This document shows, piece by piece, positions 18,698 through 25,685 of a stretch of 64,000 nt of DNA. The stretch is from an uncultured Acidobacteriota bacterium (GTDB taxonomy: Bacteria; Acidobacteriota; Thermoanaerobaculia; Multivoradales; UBA5704). The translations under genes and the position numbers were made by a program. The DNA lies in the NCBI GenBank assembly GCA_963770895.1, contig CAVYRF010000002.1, positions 480,001 to 544,000 on the forward strand, given 5' to 3'. A model generated the notes under the pieces. The model was not told the DNA's origin and ran no database searches. It saw nothing but the letters and a program-made list of their open reading frames with translations. The first letter of the stretch is position 1; each line of letters starts with the position of its first letter.

Positions 18698-19993
18698 CTA
18701 CTCCAGCATCTCGGGCGAAGCGCCGCACACAGGCTCGAGCTCACCGTGGTAACGCAGCAGCCGGTCGGTCAGGGTGCGCTGCGGGCACAGCAGGTCCGGG
18801 CGCCCCGGCACCGGCTGGTGCGCGCCCAGACGGTCGATCAAGGTGTTGACGGCCTCGTAGTACGCCCGGCGTCCGCGAGCGTCCAAGGCAACCAGATCGC
18901 GCAGCGCCTGCGCCCAGGGGACCCCAGCGATCGCAAAAGCCTGCTCCAGCCCCGCCGCCAGCGCCTCGCCCTGCAAGGCTAGGCCGCCCTCGACCCGCGC
19001 GGTCAGCAGGTCGCAGCTCACGGTGACCGCTTCGGCCAGGCTCCCCTCGCTCAGCAAGCGTGCGTGCACCGCGCCCAGCTGCGCCAGGGCCTCGGCAAAG
19101 CGCCCCGCCGCGGCGGCGATGTGGCCTTCCGCCCAGGTGCGAGCCACGTCCTCGCACCATGGCGCGGGCAGCGCGTACAGCTGTCGCGCGCGCTCCAACC
19201 ACGGTTCCGCATCCAGACCCACCTCGCCCCCCTGGCGGGCTTCGCACTCGGCGCAGGCCAGCGCCACCCGCACCGCCGTCACCGTCGCCGCTGCCTGATC
19301 TTGCAGAAGGACCCAGGCGCGCTTCAGGTTGCCGCGGGCCGCGGCCAGGTCACCCGACTCCATCTGCAGAAAGCCGATTTCGGCCAGGCACGCGGCCAGC
19401 GGCAGGCGCGCCGCGGCCGCGGCGAAGGCGACGGACGCGCGCTGGAAGTACATGACGGCGCTATCCCACCCGCCGTACGCCTGCGCCACCTGCGCCCAGC
19501 CGGCATGCGCCAGGCCCAGTTCCTCGCTCGGCTGGTGCGGCACCTCCAGATAGCTGTGAATACCGCCCAGCGCCGCCGCGGCGGCCGCAGGATCACCACG
19601 GTGCAGGAGCGCCTTGCCCAGCAGCCAATGGGCCAGGGCACCGGCCCGCCTCACGCGACCGCGGGCGTCCCGCACCACGCGCGCCGCCAGAATCGTCGCC
19701 AGCTCGGCCTCCTGCTCGCCGGCATCGGCGCCGTGCGGTGCCAGCACCGCACTTTCGGCCTCCAGGTTGAACAAAGTCAGCAGCTCGGCGCGGTGGAAAC
19801 GTGGGTCTTGTTGGGCCGTTTGTAGCCGCACGGCCCGCGGCATGGCCATCAGCTCCCGCGCCAGGCAGACAGACGCATAGGCGCGTTCCAAAGGCCGGTC
19901 AAGCCAGCCCGAGGCGCCGGGGCCATCTGGCACGGCCGGCGTCAGGCGGAGCGGGGGATTTTCGCCGCGGCGCAAGCTGCCTTCTGGCTCCAT
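18698..19993 (-). CDS. TPR-like alpha-helical hypothetical protein, paralog of 11310..12515
   Basis: Shared motifs with the first copy; start uncertain (ATG 19993 chosen; ORF extends to 20113). Confidence 0.75.
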   Translation of the reverse strand: MEPEGSLRRGENPPLRLTPAVPDGPGASGWLDRPLERAYASVCLARELMAMPRAVRLQTAQQDPRFHRAELLTLFNLEAESAVLAPHGADAGEQEAELATILAARVVRDARGRVRRAGALAHWLLGKALLHRGDPAAAAAALGGIHSYLEVPHQPSEELGLAHAGWAQVAQAYGGWDSAVMYFQRASVAFAAAAARLPLAACLAEIGFLQMESGDLAAARGNLKRAWVLLQDQAAATVTAVRVALACAECEARQGGEVGLDAEPWLERARQLYALPAPWCEDVARTWAEGHIAAAAGRFAEALAQLGAVHARLLSEGSLAEAVTVSCDLLTARVEGGLALQGEALAAGLEQAFAIAGVPWAQALRDLVALDARGRRAYYEAVNTLIDRLGAHQPVPGRPDLLCPQRTLTDRLLRYHGELEPVCGASPEMLE

Positions 19994-20316
19994 GATCGAT
20001 GTCACCCTCCCAAGGATCGGTTCTTCTCGTACCTGCATGTCGGCGTTGCCAGGTGCACGGCTCAGTCCTCGGAACGGGAAATACCCAGCGGCCTTGCCGG
20101 CCTGGCCGAGCACAGGTCACCAGCGGCACGGTTGGCCTGATCGAGCTTCGCTCCGCGCAATCCGGCGGTACCGCGTTACCGGCCACCTCCAGGTCCAGCC
20201 ACCCGATCCATATGCAGACGCTACCCTGCGCTCGACACCTAACCCCCTGGATCTGCCCTGGCGCTGCATCCGGCGTCATTGCCAGGAATCGTGAAATCTC
20301 TTAAGATGGGTATTCG

Positions 20317-20342
20317 TTGACACTTCGTTGCCATGCAACGAA
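20317..20342 (+). promoter_or_regulatory. Candidate -35 (TTGACA) with adjacent palindromic operator
   Basis: TTGACA at 20317-20322 followed by perfect inverted repeat TTCGTTGC-cat-GCAACGAA (20324-20342) in a divergent intergenic region. Confidence 0.45.
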
Positions 20343-20427
20343 ACAGATGCAGCTGGGACGCCGCGCATCGGTCGCGGAGGCGCTGCGCGCCACGCACCCG
20401 GGCATCCACCGATCTTCTGGAGGCGAC

Positions 20428-22347
20428 ATGGCGAAGGACCCGAGGCCGGCCTGGGCCAAGGCCCTCACCACCCTGCGGCTCATCCGTCGTTGGAACCGAA
20501 GAAAGCTGGCGCAGGCGGCAGGGTTGTCGGCCAGCGCGATCACCCGCTACGAAAAAGGCGATCGCGGTACGGTCGAAGACGCGATACGCCTCGGCTTTGC
20601 CATGGGATTCCCCCACCACGTCTGGCAGCGCGTATTGGAATTCGTGGTCGCGGTCGAGGGCATGCACGCAGGTCAGCCGTCGACGCCGGATCAAGGCGCC
20701 AACAGCTCGATTGAAGCGATTGCCAGGACCGCTGCAAAGTGGACAGAGGCGCTGATCAAGTCGGCACTGACCACGACTCTGGTCGAGTCGCGCCGGCAGC
20801 TGAACGTCGCTTCCGTGCCTGCAAAGCGCCAGCCGGCGCGCTCCGCGCTCGCGGGGCGAGCATCGCACGCCAAGCGACCTGCCGCCGCGCCCAGCGCCCC
20901 GCCGGCCACCGGCGAGGCCATCGTCATCCTCCGCATGATGCGTAGCTGGGAACGGCAGGATCTCGCCGACGCAATCGGCCGGCCCGACGAAACCGTCGCC
21001 AACTACGAGTACGGCAGGACTGTGCCCAATCCCCAGGTGCTGCGCGCCCTGCTTGCAGTCATGGACTATCCCCTCGCGGCACTCGAGGCCGCGATCGAGC
21101 TCGTTCATATGGCGCGGGAAGCACACAGGCTCTCGCGCGACGTCGGTCGCGACAGGCAGTCGGCCGAAATCGCCACGATCGCGGCGCAAAAAGCCCGGAG
21201 GGTCGCAGCGTTTACCCGCGGAGAGATGGAAGAGTTGGCGGTCGTGGCGCGGGTCCTGGTGTCCCGCGACGGAGCCGAAAGCCTGTGGGCATCGCTTTCT
21301 GCTTGTTCCGAAAGGAGCCAGCACGACTTGGTGCGCCAGCTGGTTCTGTACCAGACGCCGGGATTTTGCGAGCTGCTCTGCGACGAGAGCCTGAAGGTGG
21401 CGGGGGACAGTGCGCGGCGAGCCAAGCACTTGGCCGAACTGGCGGTCCTGGCCGCCGAGCTGGCCACTGGCAGCGACGCCTTTCGCGCCCGCCTACGCGG
21501 CTTCGCCGGCGCTCACCACGCCAATGCCCTGCGGGTCGCCGGACATCACCTGCCGGCGGCGGGCGCGGCGTTGGATCGCGCCCTGGCGGCGTGGAATGCG
21601 GGTGCCGGGTCCGATGCAGGGATGCTCAATGCAGCGCGGGTATGCGGCCTTCTCGCGTCGATGCGACGCGGACAGCGCCTCCTGCCGGCAGCCATCCAGG
21701 CGCTCGACGAGGGGCTCAGGGTCGACCGCTGGGGCGAGACGCCGGTGCTGCGGCTCGCCAAGGCAAGGGTGCTGATTGAGATGGGAGACTTCGCAGCATC
21801 CATCGATCAGCTGCGGCGGGCGGAGAGCGATTTAGACGGCGAGGCCGAGCCACGACGGTTCTACGTGATCGAGAACTTGCAGGTGCTCAACCTGTGTCAT
21901 CTCGGCCAGTTCGCAGCCGCCGAGCGGAAACTGGCCAGTCTGCGCCGGCTGGCGCGGAGCAATCGGCTCGACCTGCTGCGGGTTGACTGGCTGGCGGGAA
22001 AGGTGGCCGCTGGGCTGAGGCAAGAAACAGAGGCGCTCGCCTTGCTTCTGCAGGCGCGTGCCGGTTTCGTCGAGGTGGGCAACGCCTATGACGCTGCCCT
22101 GGTGACCCTGGAGCTTGCTGAAGTGCAGTCCTCGCTAGGCCACACCGCCGAAGTCAAAGCGCTTGCCCGCAAGTCGGCGCCCATCTTTGCGGACCAGCGG
22201 GTGCACCGGGAAGCGCAGCGGGCGCTCGCATTGTTTCGCGCCGCGGCGGAAGAGGAGAGGGTTACCAGCGACCTGTTGCGTCACCTGATCGTCTATCTCT
22301 GCAAGGCCCGTCACGATCCATCCCTCCGCTTCGCCGCAGAGGGTTGA
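20428..22347 (+). CDS. Tandem XRE-HTH + TPR-like regulator
   Basis: RBS GGAGG then ATG 20428; two HTHs (LRLIRRWNRRKLAQAAGLSASAITRYEKG; LRMMRSWERQDLADAIGRPDETVANYEYG); conserved C-domain ending ARHDPSLRF. Confidence 0.82.
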   Translation: MAKDPRPAWAKALTTLRLIRRWNRRKLAQAAGLSASAITRYEKGDRGTVEDAIRLGFAMGFPHHVWQRVLEFVVAVEGMHAGQPSTPDQGANSSIEAIARTAAKWTEALIKSALTTTLVESRRQLNVASVPAKRQPARSALAGRASHAKRPAAAPSAPPATGEAIVILRMMRSWERQDLADAIGRPDETVANYEYGRTVPNPQVLRALLAVMDYPLAALEAAIELVHMAREAHRLSRDVGRDRQSAEIATIAAQKARRVAAFTRGEMEELAVVARVLVSRDGAESLWASLSACSERSQHDLVRQLVLYQTPGFCELLCDESLKVAGDSARRAKHLAELAVLAAELATGSDAFRARLRGFAGAHHANALRVAGHHLPAAGAALDRALAAWNAGAGSDAGMLNAARVCGLLASMRRGQRLLPAAIQALDEGLRVDRWGETPVLRLAKARVLIEMGDFAASIDQLRRAESDLDGEAEPRRFYVIENLQVLNLCHLGQFAAAERKLASLRRLARSNRLDLLRVDWLAGKVAAGLRQETEALALLLQARAGFVEVGNAYDAALVTLELAEVQSSLGHTAEVKALARKSAPIFADQRVHREAQRALALFRAAAEEERVTSDLLRHLIVYLCKARHDPSLRFAAEG

Positions 22348-22513
22348 ACCATCCACCCCGCCAGGGCTCGGACCGCAACCATGAAACCGCAACCGGTCCT
22401 GGGGGCAAGCTCCTGCGCGAGCTTGTCTGCGACAGGCCTGCTCGGCGGCAGGCTCTCGATCCCGAGCGATTCGACCGCGATCGTGACGGAGAGCCCACCG
22501 TTCGCCGGCGTGC

Positions 22514-22816
22514 CTAGCCGCCGTAGGGGTCGGCTCCCGGTCCTTCGTCGGACTGCGAGGACGGTGGAGGCGCACCGGCCGGTTGCGCCAAGGCGTTCTC
22601 GAGACTCGACGTCGCATGTCCAGACGGGACTCTTGCCGATCCAAGCGTCGGTAGCCGATTCGACAGCCAACCCCAGAGAACCGCCAAGGGTTGCCAGAGT
22701 GAAGAGGAGGCACCACCTGGAGCGTGGGCCGCAACCGGTGAGGCAAAGGCCGCAAGAGGAGGCAGAACGATCAAAAGGACCAGGCCAAGGGCGATGACGC
22801 GGGGGACACGGTGCAT
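22514..22816 (-). CDS. Small secreted precursor-like protein ending DEGPGADPYGG
   Basis: RBS AAGGAGG; signal peptide MHRVPRVIALGLVLLIVLPPLAAFA; Trp-rich SLWQPLAVLWGWL; C-terminal DxGxxxDPxG. Confidence 0.75.
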   Translation of the reverse strand: MHRVPRVIALGLVLLIVLPPLAAFASPVAAHAPGGASSSLWQPLAVLWGWLSNRLPTLGSARVPSGHATSSLENALAQPAGAPPPSSQSDEGPGADPYGG

Positions 22817-23001
22817 ACAGATCCTCCTTGAGCGGGGCGACTGCGAACGCGGCCGGCATGGACCGCGACGGTGCCCCCGAGAGCTACAGTGCCCAGGGTG
22901 TCAAGAATACTGCTAAAAAGTGCGTTTCCAGGGCCTGAAATCTACCCTGTATTGACGCCGCTTTGCCAGGTGCCGTGAGGAGCCTCACTATGCCAGGAGT
23001 G

Positions 23002-24867
23002 ATGGGACGCAGCGACGAGCTGGGATTGGTGCTGATCCTCTTGCGCCACCTCAAGGGCTGGTCGCAGAAGGAGCTGGTGGCTGCGTCGGGAGTCAGCTTC
23101 GGCGGTCTCCGCGGTCTGGAGCAGGGGCAGAGGCGCCAGCCGACGCTGAAGACTCTGGCGCCGCTTGCGATGGCCCTCGGCGTGGACCTGGCAGCCATTG
23201 CCGAGGCGGCAGCCGTGATCCATGGCCTGGGTGGCGCGACCCCACCAGGTGCAGCAGCCGCGGCAACCAGCGGCGCTGAACGGGCCGATGACCTGGTGAT
23301 CACGGTCGAGCCGGACGTTTCTCAGAGCGTCACCGCTGCTCTCTTGGCTGCCGCGTCGGTCGCTTCGCCTGGCCCCGGCCTGCCGCGCAGCGCAGCGCAT
23401 CAGCAGCCGGTGGCGGAAGGGAGCCAGGATCTGGGCCTGGCGGTGAAGCTCCTGCGGTTGCGACGCGGTATGGCGGTGGTGGACCTCGCTCGAATCACGG
23501 GGATGACCGTCGCGACACTGCAAGCGCTCGAGAATGCCAGGCTACGGACACCGCCGGCGAAGCTGTCCGCCGTCCTATCGGCTCTTGGCGTCGACCAAGC
23601 GACGCTGGCAACGACCCTTTCCTTGATCTGCAAGCTCCGGCGCCTGGTGGTCGCGACTGCTTCGTGGGCGGAACAGCCAGCGCTCCCAATGCAAAGCTTG
23701 GCGGAGCCCACCACCTTGCGAGACCAGCTTGCCGCCCTGCTGCTTGACGAGGCCACTGCGGTGCCCGAGCAAGCGGCTTGTGAGGACGAAGCCCGCCAGC
23801 GGGCCACGGCGCTTTGGTCCCTGCTTGCACGTTGCCCACAGACAGCTCTACGGGCGCTGGTACGTCAAGCGCCCGAGCTGCAAAGCGTCGCAGCCTGTGA
23901 AATGTTCTGCCAGCAAAGCCTGGATGTGGCGGGTGACAGCGCGCGCCGGGCAAGGCAGCGGGCCGAGCTGGCGGTCATGGCGGCCGAGCGGGCTCGCGGC
24001 AGCGCAGGCCTTCGCGCGCGCCTTGCAGGCTTCGCCGGCGTTCACCTCGCCAATGCCCTGCGCGTCGCCGGCACCAGCGTACCCACGGCCGGTGTGGCGT
24101 TCGATCGCGCTCTGGCAACCTGGAATGCGGGCGAAGGCGCCGATGGCGGGCGATTGAATGCAGCGCGAGTGCGCGGCCTGGAAGCTTCGATGCGGCGGGC
24201 GCAGCGCCGGCTCACCGAGGCGCTGGCGGCGGTAAACGAAGGTCTCCGCATCGACCGCTGGGGTGAGGCACCGGCCCTGCGCCTCGCCAAGGCCAGGGTG
24301 CTCATCGAGATGGGTGAGTTCGCACCATCGATCGACCAGCTACAGCAGGCCGCCGCTGCAATCGACGGCGATCGCGAGCCGCGCATGCTCTATGTCGTCG
24401 AGAACCTGCACATCCTCAACCTGTGCCACCTGGGGCAGTTCGCGATAGCCGCCCAGCGCCTGCCCAAGCTCCGGCTGCTGGCACAGAGCAATCGCCTCGA
24501 CCTTTTGCTTGCAGAGTGGCTAGCCGGCAAGGTAGCGGCCGGGCTGGGCCGTGTGGCAGAGGCGCTCGCCCTGCTGCTCCAAGTGCGCGCCGATTTCCTG
24601 GAGCGTCACAACGTCTACGACGCGGCCCTGGTCACGCTGGAGATAGCCGAGGTCCACGCATCGCTGGGCCACACGGCAGATGTTAAGGAACTGGCCCGCG
24701 CATCGGCGCCCATCTTCGTGGACCAGCGGGTGCACCGAGAAGCGCGGCGCGGCTTGGCGCTCTTCCGCCAGGCAGCCGAAGACGAAAAGGCGACCGGCGA
24801 GTTGCTCCACCGGCTGCTCGTCTATCTGCGCAGTGCCCGCCAGGATCCCCACCTGCGCTTCGCCTGA
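23002..24867 (+). CDS. Tandem XRE-HTH + TPR-like regulator
   Basis: AGGAG before ATG 23002; HTHs LRHLKGWSQKELVAASGVSFGGLRGLEQG and LRLRRGMAVVDLARITGMTVATLQALEN; conserved C-domain ending ARQDPHLRF. Confidence 0.82.
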   Translation: MGRSDELGLVLILLRHLKGWSQKELVAASGVSFGGLRGLEQGQRRQPTLKTLAPLAMALGVDLAAIAEAAAVIHGLGGATPPGAAAAATSGAERADDLVITVEPDVSQSVTAALLAAASVASPGPGLPRSAAHQQPVAEGSQDLGLAVKLLRLRRGMAVVDLARITGMTVATLQALENARLRTPPAKLSAVLSALGVDQATLATTLSLICKLRRLVVATASWAEQPALPMQSLAEPTTLRDQLAALLLDEATAVPEQAACEDEARQRATALWSLLARCPQTALRALVRQAPELQSVAACEMFCQQSLDVAGDSARRARQRAELAVMAAERARGSAGLRARLAGFAGVHLANALRVAGTSVPTAGVAFDRALATWNAGEGADGGRLNAARVRGLEASMRRAQRRLTEALAAVNEGLRIDRWGEAPALRLAKARVLIEMGEFAPSIDQLQQAAAAIDGDREPRMLYVVENLHILNLCHLGQFAIAAQRLPKLRLLAQSNRLDLLLAEWLAGKVAAGLGRVAEALALLLQVRADFLERHNVYDAALVTLEIAEVHASLGHTADVKELARASAPIFVDQRVHREARRGLALFRQAAEDEKATGELLHRLLVYLRSARQDPHLRFA

Positions 24868-25100
24868 TTCCTATGAGCACGAAGCCCGTATCATGGACGA
24901 GCAAGCCGAGAGACGCCGGACGGGATTCGATCACTGATCTAACACTGCGACGGGCGGCGCTTGGCAGCGGCGAGCCGCACCGTGCGGGCGTTCGTTTTTT
25001 CAGTCTCGACCGCCGGCTTGGCGCCGGTGCGTTCGGCGGCGCCCGCCCCGAGGCCAATCCCGACCGGGCGCGGTTGGCGCGCCAGAAAGGGCACTCGTCC

Positions 25101-25643
25101 ATGCATAGTTCCGTCGCGCTTCGCATCGCCAAGGTCACGGCCGCGCTAGCCCTGATGGTACCCCTGGCCCTGACGGCCAGGACCCCTTGCAGGTTCGCGG
25201 TCTCTCATCAGCAAATGGTCGCGGGCACCAGCATTCTGGACCAGGCATATCGCTGGTTCGTCTCGGTCCTGCCCTGGAGCAGCCCCGGCACCGAGCCCCG
25301 GCCTCTTCAGCGCGCCCCAGCTCGTCCCGTGAAGCCGCTCACCACGTGTACGATCGATCCAAGCGGCGGTTGCGTCAGCAGCAATATCCCGGCATCTATC
25401 CAAAGCGCCAAAAACAGTTGCCCCGATCGCGACGCGCCTGGCGGCGCGTGCGCGATCGGGCCGGGGGGGGGCGGGCGAGGCGTTTTGCCCCGCTTAGCGC
25501 TTCTGGCCGCGGCGGACGCGTTCGAGGAGGCGGGTGGAGTCTTTCATGCACTCCATCATTTTTTCTTGCAGGCCTTCGCCGCGGCCCAGGCCTCGGGCGT
25601 GGGCCAGGACGCTGCGGGCGCGGTCTTCTTCTCCGGAAGCTAG
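25101..25643 (+). CDS. Small secreted precursor-like protein with TTCTIDPSGGC core (3' end uncertain)
   Basis: AGAAAGGG before ATG; hydrophobic N-terminus, ILDQAYRWFVSVLPW, core at 25341-25373; as assembled it reads antisense into the TPR gene. Confidence 0.55.
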   Translation: MHSSVALRIAKVTAALALMVPLALTARTPCRFAVSHQQMVAGTSILDQAYRWFVSVLPWSSPGTEPRPLQRAPARPVKPLTTCTIDPSGGCVSSNIPASIQSAKNSCPDRDAPGGACAIGPGGGGRGVLPRLALLAAADAFEEAGGVFHALHHFFLQAFAAAQASGVGQDAAGAVFFSGS

Positions 25644-25685
25644 CAGGGCCATGCCGAGGTGGGTGAGGGTGTTGGCGGAGGGGCC
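25418..25685. repeat. Direct repeat copy 2 (268 bp), native 3' end of the TPR gene plus terminator
   Basis: Matches 17626-17892. Confidence 0.95.
25422..25460 (-). terminator. Hairpin terminator of the hbd-TPR unit (duplicated at 17630-17668)
   Basis: CCCGATCGCG-ACGCGCC-tggc-GGCGCGT-g-CGCGATCGGG stem; TGTTTTT follows shortly after on the minus strand. Confidence 0.6.

Noticed and set aside
24975-25000. Possible terminator CCGCA-ccg-TGCGG...TTTTTT between regulator 4 and peptide 3
   Set aside because: Stem is only 5 bp and separated from the T-tract; too weak to call
15038-25373. Classical RiPP biosynthetic cluster
   Set aside because: No radical SAM, YcaO, LanM, ATP-grasp, methyltransferase or peptidase-transporter nearby; kept only as a possibility with enzymes encoded elsewhere
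11310-25417. Prophage, ICE or IS interpretation of the accessory region
   Set aside because: No integrase, transposase, relaxase or phage structural gene recognised, and no tRNA target
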